This document shows positions 9,262 to 16,643 of a stretch of 64,000 nt of DNA, one piece after another; position 1 is the first letter of the stretch; each line of letters starts with the position of its first letter. A program made the translations under genes and the position numbers. Under the pieces are notes generated by a model. It saw nothing but the letters and a program-made list of their open reading frames with translations. It was not told the origin of the DNA and ran no database searches. The stretch is from NCBI GenBank assembly GCA_015063325.1, contig SVUK01000006.1, positions 67,239-131,238 on the forward strand, given 5' to 3'. Source of the DNA: Oscillospiraceae bacterium. GTDB taxonomy: Bacteria > Bacillota > Clostridia > Oscillospirales > CAG-272.

Positions 9262-10482
9262 TCACCAAACCAGCTCTTCGGCGTGAACGGGGTGCATATT
9301 TTTCTTGATGCTGGCAATTTTTCCGTTCCGAACCTTGACAACTCGGTCTGCCATTTTCGCAATTTCCGGGTTGTGCGTAACCATCATGACCGTGGTACCG
9401 TTGTTGCGGACGATCTCTTCAATGACTTTCAAAACCTCAATACTTGTGGTGTAGTCGAGCGCCGCAGTCGGTTCGTCGGCAAGGATCAGTTTGGGATTTT
9501 TTACAATGGCGCGCGCAATGGAAACGCGTTGCTGTTGTCCGCCGGACATTTGCCCGGGATAGTTACCTGCTCGCGATTTTAATCCGACTTTATCCAACGC
9601 TTCTTCCGGGGACATGGGGTTGTCGACGAGCTCGGCAATAAATTGTACGTTTTCCAGAGCGGTCAAGTTGGGCATTAAGTTGTAGGATTGGAAGATAAAT
9701 CCAACGTACTTTCTGCGGAAAGCAGTCAATTCTTTGTCGGTGGGGCGCGAAAAATCCTTCCCCTCGATCAAAAGCGTGCCTTCCGTTAAAAAGTCCATAC
9801 CTCCGATGATGTTCATCATGGTGGATTTTCCGCAACCGGATTCTCCCAGTACCACAACGAATTCATTCTTGTAAACTTCCAAATTGATTCCTTTGAGAAC
9901 GCGAGAAACGCCGTCGCCGGAAGGGAACTCTTTGACCACGTCTTTCAGGACAGCAAGAACTTCCTTTTTCTCGCCAAGATCAACCAGCAGTCCCTTTTCG
10001 TCAATGGTAATGGCGGCAAGGGAAGCCATACGTTCGCAGAGTTGAAGCTCTTCTTCATCGTAGGAGCTTTTGTCGGTTTTGTTGACGATTTGGACGCAGC
10101 CGATCACCTCGTGCAGATTGTTCAGCGGCACGCAGATCATGGTCTTCGTTGTCAGACCGTTGTCGTCGAAAACAGAACCGTCAAAACGCGGATCGTTGAG
10201 TGCGTCGGCAATGATGATCGATTTTCCGGTTTTGGTAACAACACCTTCCACGCCCAGTCCGTTCTCAACGGTAATATTGGAAATATCCGCCGGTCCGATA
10301 TGGAACAGGGGGCTGAGACGATCGGTCTTTTTGTCCAAAATCCAAATCGCTCCGGCAGCGCTTTTCAATGTTTTTACAATAATTTCCAAACTTCCGGAAA
10401 GGGCGTCTTCCAGGTTATCCACCTCCAAAAGCTGTTCCATAATTTTCCAGGTCGCTTGTGCAAATCGTTTTTCTTCCGGCAT
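9262..10482 (-). CDS. GAF domain fused to a MacB/LolD-type ABC ATP-binding domain (406 aa)
   Basis: Res about 15-160 look GAF-like ([10 protein letters not shown]...[24 protein letters not shown]...ICVPL...[10 protein letters not shown]). Walker A is GESGCGKST (213-221), the signature is [14 protein letters not shown], and Walker B is [17 protein letters not shown] lies before the ATG at 10482. Confidence 0.9.
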   Translation of the reverse strand: MPEEKRFAQATWKIMEQLLEVDNLEDALSGSLEIIVKTLKSAAGAIWILDKKTDRLSPLFHIGPADISNITVENGLGVEGVVTKTGKSIIIADALNDPRFDGSVFDDNGLTTKTMICVPLNNLHEVIGCVQIVNKTDKSSYDEEELQLCERMASLAAITIDEKGLLVDLGEKKEVLAVLKDVVKEFPSGDGVSRVLKGINLEVYKNEFVVVLGESGCGKSTMMNIIGGMDFLTEGTLLIEGKDFSRPTDKELTAFRRKYVGFIFQSYNLMPNLTALENVQFIAELVDNPMSPEEALDKVGLKSRAGNYPGQMSGGQQQRVSIARAIVKNPKLILADEPTAALDYTTSIEVLKVIEEIVRNNGTTVMMVTHNPEIAKMADRVVKVRNGKIASIKKNMHPVHAEELVW

Positions 10483-10567
10483 GATTTTCTCCTTTTTAGG
10501 TGTAAATAAAAAATAGAGAATATAGATGAGTGATTTGGGTCTATAAAATTTAAGAAAGTCGTTTTGG

Positions 10568-10790
10568 ATTATCTTAAATCTGTAATTTTGCTTTTCAGCA
10601 GATCGACTTGTTCATCGGTCATTCCCATACCAACCAACAGTTGGTGCGCATACGATGAAAGATCCACTTTTGTAAAGTCGCTTTTTGTGTTCATTCCGGT
10701 CATATAAGCGATCATTTCGTCAATGTTCTTTTCCTTGATGATCTGATAGCGCTCGGGATCAAACGTAAGAAAAAGGAACGAATATAAAAT
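10568..10790 (-). pseudogene. Possible 5'-truncated gene remnant or small ORF of unknown family
   Basis: An open frame of about 70 codons reads ...TFDPERYQIIKEKNIDEMIAYMTGMNTKSDFTKVDLSSYAHQLLVGMGMTDEQVDLLKSKITDLR*. There is no in-frame ATG/GTG/TTG before the internal EM(ATG), and no convincing SD. It is below the length cut-off of the ORF track. Confidence 0.25.
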
Positions 10791-10874
10791 TATTATAACA
10801 TAGACTTATTTATTTTTCAATGTTTTTCGGTCAAATTTTTTGCAAATCTAAATGTTGTTTTTTTGAAAAAAGTA

Positions 10875-10903
10875 TTGACAACGCCGACGGAATATGATAT
10901 GAT
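10875..10903 (+). promoter_or_regulatory. Sigma-A-type promoter for tRNA-Ser
   Basis: TTGACA (10875-10880), 17-nt spacer, TATGAT (10898-10903). Lies about 15 nt upstream of the tRNA 5' end. Confidence 0.6.
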
Positions 10904-10917
10904 ATACAAGTCGGCAC

Positions 10918-11010
10918 GGAGAGGTGGCTGAGCTGGTCTAAGGCGCACGACTGGAAATCGTGTGTTCGGCTAATAACCGACCGCGAGTTCGAATCTCGCC
11001 CTCTCCGCCA
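10918..11010 (+). tRNA. tRNA-Ser (anticodon GGA) with a long variable arm and encoded CCA
   Basis: Acceptor GGAGAGG/CCTCTCC. Anticodon stem CACGA/TCGTG with loop CTGGAAA. Variable arm TCGG-CTAATAA-CCGA. T-arm GCGAG-TTCGAAT-CTCGC. Discriminator G followed by CCA. Confidence 0.95.
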
Positions 11011-11011
11011 T

Positions 11012-11054
11012 GAAAGAAACCGCTTTTGTCCGGTAGACAAAAGCGGTTTCTTTC
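11012..11054 (+). terminator. Long perfect hairpin directly after the tRNA (terminator-like)
   Basis: GAAAGAAACCGCTTTTGTC-cggta-GACAAAAGCGGTTTCTTTC: 19-bp stem. The downstream T-tract is weak. Confidence 0.6.
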
Positions 11055-11055
11055 A

Positions 11056-11227
11056 GTTATATTCGCCTGCGGCGAGTGATATTGGGCTTTGCCCAGTTAT
11101 ATTCGCTTCGCGAGTGATATTGCGCTTCGCGCAGTTTAGAGGCGAATATAATATAACTTCTCGCGTCAGCGAGAAATATAACGGTCCCGAAGGGACAATA
11201 TCACTGCGCCGCAGGCGCAATATCACT
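11056..11227. repeat. Ordered array of eight G(T/G)(T/G)ATATT 8-mers (4 forward, 4 inverted), each followed by a GC-rich mini-hairpin
   Basis: Forward copies: GTTATATT 11056, GTGATATT 11076, GTTATATT 11096, GTGATATT 11114. Inverted copies: ATATAAC 11151, AATATAAC 11175, AATATCAC 11197, AATATCAC 11219. Spacing is 18-25 bp. The spacers are mini-palindromes (TCGCCtgcGGCGA, GGGCtttGCCC, TCGCttcGCGA, GCGCttcGCGC, TTCTCGCgtcaGCGAGAA, GTCCCgaaGGGAC, TGCGCCgcaGGCGCA). Confidence 0.8.
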
Positions 11228-11255
11228 TGATAATTTCACATTTTTATGTTATAAT
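11227..11255 (+). promoter_or_regulatory. Extended -10 sigma-A-type promoter for the HExxH gene
   Basis: TTGATA (11227-11232), 17-nt spacer ending in TGT, TATAAT (11250-11255). It abuts the last 8-mer of the repeat array. Confidence 0.55.
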
Positions 11256-11312
11256 GAACCGTGAAAAGAACTCAACAAATCGTCATTTGTGGAGATAAGG
11301 AGATTTCTAACT

Positions 11313-11774
11313 ATGGAACGAGCGGAAATAACTGCATTGTTTGACAAATACATCAAAAAGCTCCGAATCACACCGGGATGGGATGTTCGGTTAGAATTGG
11401 TTGAAGATCCCTCATGGCGAAAGACCGGCGATTTCAAGATTGATTGTGACGACAGAAAAGCGATCCTGATGCTGAACGTCGTGAACCCAACGCAGGAAAA
11501 CATGGAGGAGGTCATTGTCCATGAGTTGATGCATATCAAAATGTATCCGCTGGATCAGGTCACGGAATCGCTCATTACGAACTGCTTTGAAGAAGGTAGT
11601 GTGGCGAGCAACTTTGCTTATCAGCAGTTTTTCACCGCCCTTGAGCAGACTGTGGAGGAATTGGCAAAATGTTTTCTATATGAATTTGGTGAAGACAAAG
11701 AGTTATCCTATGGCAGATGTCGTAAGGGTAAATCATTCAACGACCTCTATGAGGGTTTGAACAGCATAGACTGA
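11313..11774 (+). CDS. Small HExxH-motif protein (putative minimal zinc metallopeptidase, family not recognised), 153 aa
   Basis: EEVIVHELMHIKMYPLD contains HExxH. GGAGA SD lies 9 nt before the ATG at 11313; the track start at 11289 is an upstream GTG inside the SD. I could not assign a family by eye. Confidence 0.65.
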   Translation: MERAEITALFDKYIKKLRITPGWDVRLELVEDPSWRKTGDFKIDCDDRKAILMLNVVNPTQENMEEVIVHELMHIKMYPLDQVTESLITNCFEEGSVASNFAYQQFFTALEQTVEELAKCFLYEFGEDKELSYGRCRKGKSFNDLYEGLNSID

Positions 11775-11807
11775 CTGACAAATTCAAATTTGTCGGGATG
11801 ACAAGCG

Positions 11808-11863
11808 TGTATCATTATGGCGCTTTTAATAAGGTTTACGTATCATTATGGCGCTCTTTCACA
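11808..11863 (+). repeat. Left copy of a 56-bp direct repeat, itself containing 2 copies of the 16-mer GTATCATTATGGCGCT
   Basis: tgtatcattatggcgcttttaataaggtttacgtatcattatggcgctctttcaca. 51/56 identical to 13373-13428. Internal 16-mers at 11809 and 11840 (31-bp period). Confidence 0.9.
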
Positions 11864-12140
11864 TAAAAGAAACGTCTTTTGTCTACCACGATAAAAGGCG
11901 TTTCTTTTCGCATTTTGGGCAAAAATCGGGCCAATATAGGCAAAACGGGCTTTCAGACGGTTGATCAGCCGCCCGGAAGCTCGATTTTTTCGTTTCAGGA
12001 CGCGGAAACGGTCAAAAAATGCTGTACTGCCCGCCACCGATTTGTCGAGGAACGCTTCTACAACGCACCAATCAACCGTTCGTTGAAAAAATCTACCGTT
12101 TTTCAACAGCGCGGTTATTGTATTGCGGCAGGAGAAGTGT

Positions 12141-12168
12141 TATAATAAACGCAGAACAAGCGCTTGTT
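12141..12168 (+). promoter_or_regulatory. Extended -10 element plus a perfect 14-bp palindrome (candidate operator) upstream of the HTH gene
   Basis: TGTTATAAT (-10 at 12141-12146), followed by AACAAGCGCTTGTT (12155-12168). This lies between the -10 and the ATG at 12194. Confidence 0.5.
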
Positions 12169-12193
12169 ACTTTCATTTTCGAGGGAGAAAACT

Positions 12194-13264
12194 ATGAACA
12201 TTTTATTGAGTGTGCAATTAAAAAAACTCCGCAAGGAAAGAGGCAATACGCAGGAGGATCTTGCGAACTATCTCGGCATTTCCACGCAGGCAGTTTCCAA
12301 ATGGGAGCGTGATGAAGGATACCCGGATATCACGCTCCTCCCGGCGATCGCGTCCTATTACAACATCAGTGTGGACGATCTACTCGGCGTGGGTGAAATC
12401 GAGAAAGAGAAAAAGTTGCTTGCATACCGTGAAAAAAACAATGAACTGTTCCGTGACGGAAAAAACTCAGATCGGGTGGCGCTATGGAGAGAAGCCCAAA
12501 AGGAGTTCCCGAACGATCTGTCCGTGCTTTACGATCTGATGTACGCTTTGTCCGCGGCGGATCAAAACGCAAACGCTGACGAGATCATTGCTTGCGGAGA
12601 GAGGATATTAGATGAATCCACGGATCAATCTTTGCGCGGCGGCGCGATCCAATGCTTATGCTACACCTATTACTATGCCAAAAAGGATGCGGAGTCGGCA
12701 AAGAAATACGCAAATATGGCGGACGGTTATTCGGTCACGGTCGATGAAATGATGCCGTGCATTCTGGAAGGAGAGGAAGCGGTCCGATATTGTCAGTTCA
12801 ACATACAACATCTTTTTGATATGGTCGGATTGAACGTGCGTATCATGTGTCAAAAGGGCGATTATTCGCCGGAGGAGCATATCAAAGCGCGCGAATTTCT
12901 TATTCATTGCTTCGATCTGCTTTATTCGGACGGAAACTGCGGTTTTTATCACTGCCGATATTCGGAGATCTATCAGGAAATGGCGGCAAACTTTTTAAAG
13001 CTTAACGACGCGGCAAATATGTTTGAGTATCTTGAAAAATCTGCTGAGCACGCGATCAGGTATGATACGCTGAAGGATGGACAGTTCACTTCTTTCTTCG
13101 TAAATCGGATCGACTTTTCTTCCATACATACGGTCAAGGATTATACTGAAAATCAATCGGGGTTGCTTTTGAAATCCTTGAAAGGAGAGAAGTTCAAACA
13201 GTTTGAAAAGGATCTCCGCATGGCGAAGATCGTTAATATGCTGACACCCGTGGCGATTTTCTGA
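12194..13264 (+). CDS. XRE-family HTH regulator with a long helical-repeat (TPR-like) C-terminal domain; RNPP-like architecture, 356 aa
   Basis: N-terminus [65 protein letters not shown] is a classic Cro/C1 HTH. The remaining about 290 aa are helical-repeat-like. GAGGGAGAA SD lies before the ATG at 12194. Confidence 0.85.
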   Translation: MNILLSVQLKKLRKERGNTQEDLANYLGISTQAVSKWERDEGYPDITLLPAIASYYNISVDDLLGVGEIEKEKKLLAYREKNNELFRDGKNSDRVALWREAQKEFPNDLSVLYDLMYALSAADQNANADEIIACGERILDESTDQSLRGGAIQCLCYTYYYAKKDAESAKKYANMADGYSVTVDEMMPCILEGEEAVRYCQFNIQHLFDMVGLNVRIMCQKGDYSPEEHIKAREFLIHCFDLLYSDGNCGFYHCRYSEIYQEMAANFLKLNDAANMFEYLEKSAEHAIRYDTLKDGQFTSFFVNRIDFSSIHTVKDYTENQSGLLLKSLKGEKFKQFEKDLRMAKIVNMLTPVAIF

Positions 13265-13372
13265 CTTTCCCGTAATCTCTGTTTTCAAGTGGGCAAAAGG
13301 GCGTGCACCGTGCGTCCTTTTGCCTCATTCGTCATAAACAAAGATACGCTGTGGGGGAAGAATCTGACGGCA

Positions 13373-13428
13373 TGTATCATTATGGCGCTTTTAGTTGGGT
13401 TTATGTATCATTACGGCGCTCTTTCACA
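13373..13428 (+). repeat. Right copy of the 56-bp direct repeat
   Basis: tgtatcattatggcgcttttagttgggtttatgtatcattacggcgctctttcaca. 16-mers at 13374 and 13405. Lies 1565 bp from the left copy. Confidence 0.9.
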
Positions 13429-13430
13429 CG

Positions 13431-13461
13431 AAAAAAGCACTTGCCTCGGCAAGTGCTTTTT
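13431..13461. terminator. Bidirectional terminator between the HTH gene and the convergent Ca-ATPase gene
   Basis: aaaaaaGCACTTGCCtcGGCAAGTGCttttt. Confidence 0.8.
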
Positions 13462-13467
13462 GAATTT

Positions 13468-16179
13468 TTAATACCCGTTTTTTTTGCCTCGTGCGCGCCA
13501 AAGCAGTTTGCGAATGAAATCCGCCGGGAAGACCGAGAGCGAGAATAGCATGGTCAAACCCAGTTCGCGCGGTAACAACGGCGCCGTTCGCAAAACATTT
13601 CCGCCAAGATAAACAAACACAATCTGCAAGATCAATACTGCGAGCATGATGACGATGAAAACCGGATTTTTATGTAATCCGGCAAACAGTTTGATGCGGT
13701 CGGTGCGCGCGTTGAAACAGTTAAACACCGAGCAGAAGATAAAGAAAGCGAAAAACGCCGTTAACAGGTAGATGTTGTCGGGCGCATAGCGGAAAAGGGA
13801 AGTGACGAGCGGATTTTTTAGGAACAGCAAAGAGATTGCAACGGTAAAACCGCTTAACCAGGCAATTTGATTGACCATATATCGGTTCAAAATTCCTTCT
13901 TCCCGTTTCTTTGGCGGTTCTTTCATATAGTCGGCGCGCGGAGGCTCTCCGGCAAAGGCGAGTCCGCCCAACGTATCCATAATCAAATTGATCCAAAGCA
14001 TTTGCACCACCGTGACCGGGGAATCAATTCCGAGGAAGGGGCAAATCATGGTAACACCCACTGCCGAAAAGTTCATGGTCAATTGCAGAGTAATGAATTT
14101 GCGAATGCTTTTAAAAATTGTTCTTCCGTAAAGCACCGCTCGAACGATGGAGGCAAGATTGTTATCTAAGATAATAATATCGCCGGCATCCTTTGCCACC
14201 TGTGTTCCCGATCCCATAGCAAACCCAATGTCGGCGCGGCGCAAGGCCGGCGCGTCGTTGATCCCGTCACCGGTCATTCCGGTTACCAAACCGGCTTCCT
14301 GCGCCACGCGAACCAATCGGCTTTTATCGGTCGGAAGTGCTCGGGCAACCACTGCAAGACGCGGCAAAAGCTCGCGCAGGCGGACATCGGAAAGGTGCGA
14401 AAGCTCGGTGCTATCAAGAATCAGGTCATTTTTTTTGTTCAAGATGCCGCATGAGGACGCAATCGAGCCGGCGGTTTCGCGGTTGTCACCGGTAATCATC
14501 ACAACGTGAACACCTGCCTGCTGCAAAGACCGAACCGAGGATGCCGCCTCAATCCGGACTGGGTCGGAAAGGCGCAAAAGGCAGAGCAGGGTGAGGGAAC
14601 CGCGAATCCCCGAGGCGTGAGAGGGAGCCGGAGTATCCTCGTCGGAAATGGCAACGGCAAGAACACGTGCGCCGCTCTTTGTCCATTGATCCGCCTGCCG
14701 TTGTGCGGCATTTTTCTGGAAAGGGATTCGTTTTCCGTCAATTGTCATGGCGGCGTGCACAAAGGAGAGAATTTTTTCCGGCGCTCCGGTTAAAAAGGTT
14801 ATGTTCTGTTTGCCGCGATAGGTCACGGCAGCGTATTTGCGAGCACTGTCAAACGGGAGCCTTGATTTTACGACCGTATTCGGCGGCGCTTTTTCGCCCA
14901 AAACCGAGAGCAGCAAAGCGCGGTCGGTCGCGTTTCCGCCGAGCGGAACGGGAAGCCCTTTTTCATCGGTACCAATCGTACTTTCTCCGCCGCGCATGGC
15001 GAGCAAAAAGGGAAGATAGGCGCCCGTACGCCGATCGAGAAAAGTCATGGGCGGCATGGCTTCTCCGGGAGAAAACCAGATTTCACCCACACGCATTTTT
15101 CCTTCGGTCAGTGTTCCGGTTTTGTCGGTAAACAATAGATTCATGCTTCCTGCCGCTTCAATTCCCACCGGCCGACGAACGAGTACCTGATCCTTCACCA
15201 TACGCCGGATATTGGAGGAAAGTACCACGGCAACCATCATCGGCAGTCCTTCTGGAACAGCGGTAACTACCACCGTTAAGCCGAGTGTGAATGCGTGGAA
15301 GAGCTTGGAAAGAAGGTAGGGGGTGTCGGTAATCTTCATTAGAATAATTTCGCGGCGCATACCGCTGTCGATCAAAAAAACGTGGAAAAGATATGCCAGC
15401 GCAACCAGAACGGCGGCAATATAACCGAGTACGCTGATTTGACGGGCAAGTTTTGCAAGACGGAGTTTGAGAGGACTGTCGCGCTGCTCCAGCTGAACTT
15501 CTTTCGTGATTTCGCCGAGGAAGGTTTGGTCCCCCACCGAGAGAACGCCCATCTCTCCGCCGCCAGAGGTTACCGTCGATCCGCGAAATAGCGCGGAGGG
15601 GGAGTCAGGAAGAAGTTTTTCGCCGCGAACGGGAAACTTCGGAACGTCGTGACTTTCCCCGGTCATGGAGGATTGGTCGGCAGTCAGATTGCCGCGCAAA
15701 AGGAATCCGTCCGCAGGAATCAATTCACCCTGGGAAAGGAGAACGATATCTCCAACAACAATTTCGCCAAGCGGTATTTCCGAAACAACACCCGAGCGGC
15801 GTACGCGGCAACGTACGTTTGCGGTTTCTGCCGAAAGACGGGCAAACGCACGCTCCGAAGAGCGCTCGGAGAGGGTGGAAATCAGCGTTGCCAAAAAAAC
15901 GGCGGCGGCAATTCCGGCTGTTTCCACCCAGTCTGCCGTTTTGAAAAGTAAAATCAAGTTGACGGCAAGCGCGGCAAGAAGAATGCGGATGACGGGATCG
16001 GAGAGGTTTCCGAAGAACTGCCGTAAAAAGGATTTTTGGGGGCGGCGGGAAAGCAGATTGTCTCCGTGCTTTTCACGGGATACAAGAACCTCGCGCGCCG
16101 AAAGTCCGCTGTCGGCAAAATCGGAGGCGGAGCGAGGATCGGTTTTTGGTATGGTCGAATTCAAAGTAGCGTCCTCCAA
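13468..16179 (-). CDS. Calcium-translocating P-type ATPase (type IIA/IIB-like)
   Basis: TGES (SMTGESHDV), PEGLP in M4 (TAVPEGLPMMV), DKTGTLT, and TGDGINDAPALRRADIGFAMG. The true start is probably the TTG at 16164, 7 nt after GGAGG; the track start at 16179 lies inside the SD. Confidence 0.9.
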   Translation of the reverse strand: MEDATLNSTIPKTDPRSASDFADSGLSAREVLVSREKHGDNLLSRRPQKSFLRQFFGNLSDPVIRILLAALAVNLILLFKTADWVETAGIAAAVFLATLISTLSERSSERAFARLSAETANVRCRVRRSGVVSEIPLGEIVVGDIVLLSQGELIPADGFLLRGNLTADQSSMTGESHDVPKFPVRGEKLLPDSPSALFRGSTVTSGGGEMGVLSVGDQTFLGEITKEVQLEQRDSPLKLRLAKLARQISVLGYIAAVLVALAYLFHVFLIDSGMRREIILMKITDTPYLLSKLFHAFTLGLTVVVTAVPEGLPMMVAVVLSSNIRRMVKDQVLVRRPVGIEAAGSMNLLFTDKTGTLTEGKMRVGEIWFSPGEAMPPMTFLDRRTGAYLPFLLAMRGGESTIGTDEKGLPVPLGGNATDRALLLSVLGEKAPPNTVVKSRLPFDSARKYAAVTYRGKQNITFLTGAPEKILSFVHAAMTIDGKRIPFQKNAAQRQADQWTKSGARVLAVAISDEDTPAPSHASGIRGSLTLLCLLRLSDPVRIEAASSVRSLQQAGVHVVMITGDNRETAGSIASSCGILNKKNDLILDSTELSHLSDVRLRELLPRLAVVARALPTDKSRLVRVAQEAGLVTGMTGDGINDAPALRRADIGFAMGSGTQVAKDAGDIIILDNNLASIVRAVLYGRTIFKSIRKFITLQLTMNFSAVGVTMICPFLGIDSPVTVVQMLWINLIMDTLGGLAFAGEPPRADYMKEPPKKREEGILNRYMVNQIAWLSGFTVAISLLFLKNPLVTSLFRYAPDNIYLLTAFFAFFIFCSVFNCFNARTDRIKLFAGLHKNPVFIVIMLAVLILQIVFVYLGGNVLRTAPLLPRELGLTMLFSLSVFPADFIRKLLWRARGKKNGY

Positions 16180-16350
16180 AGAGATTTCGCACCAGTATAT
16201 GCCCGGGCAAAAGAAAAAAAGAACCGTGCAGAAAACGGATTGCTCAAAAAAACAAATCTACATTATATAAAAAGACGCGTCGTTTTATTCAGAAAAATAA
16301 AAAACAAGTGAAAAAGTTTGTTTTTTTGGAAAAAAATTGCAAAAACACTA

Positions 16351-16379
16351 TTGACAAATACCAAAAAAGGTGTTACAAT
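16351..16379 (+). promoter_or_regulatory. Consensus sigma-A-type promoter for rpoB
   Basis: TTGACA (16351-16356), 17-nt spacer, TACAAT (16374-16379). This implies a 5' leader of about 270 nt. Confidence 0.6.
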
Positions 16380-16504
16380 AATAAACTGCATTATAATCGC
16401 CTATCATAGCGTTTTCCATTCATTTTTCGGCATTTTTCACAGTGTTTCAACTCCGGAAAAACGAGAAAAAAGTCGAGAAAATTTCATGCTGAGTCAAACG
16501 GTTT

Positions 16505-16548
16505 AAACGGCTTTTCAAAAGGCTTTGAAAACGGCTTTTCAAAAGGCT
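16505..16548 (+). repeat. Two copies of a 20-mer in the rpoB leader
   Basis: AAACGGCTTTTCAAAAGGCT at 16505-16524 and 16529-16548. Each contains the inverted repeat CTTTTcAAAAG. Confidence 0.75.
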
Positions 16549-16643
16549 GGTCAGAAGGTGTTTGAAACATTTGTCAATGTGAATGAAAAAGAACGGAAAC
16601 GATATGCTTGGGCGAGTTGTGACGAAATTTTTGAATGGAGTGA

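Noticed and set aside
11846-12145. Overlapping ORFs 11846-12106 (-) and 11879-12145 (+), between the left direct repeat and the XRE gene, considered as an IS/transposase remnant
   Set aside because: There is no SD, and the two ORFs are mutually overlapping on opposite strands. The only resemblance is a vague, basic-residue-rich similarity to transposase C-termini that I cannot substantiate without a search. I left the region unannotated.
10918-13470. Canonical integrative element (prophage, ICE or genomic island) at tRNA-Ser
   Set aside because: I saw no integrase, recombinase or excisionase, and no downstream repeat of the tRNA 3' end by eye. The region is only 2.4 kb. It is reported only as a possible remnant.
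13289-13548. Track ORFs 13289-13471 (60 aa) and 13303-13548 (81 aa) as real genes
   Set aside because: Both run through the bidirectional terminator hairpin and into the convergent ATPase gene. Only their repeat-encoded portions are discussed, as a hypothesis, in the direct-repeat finding.
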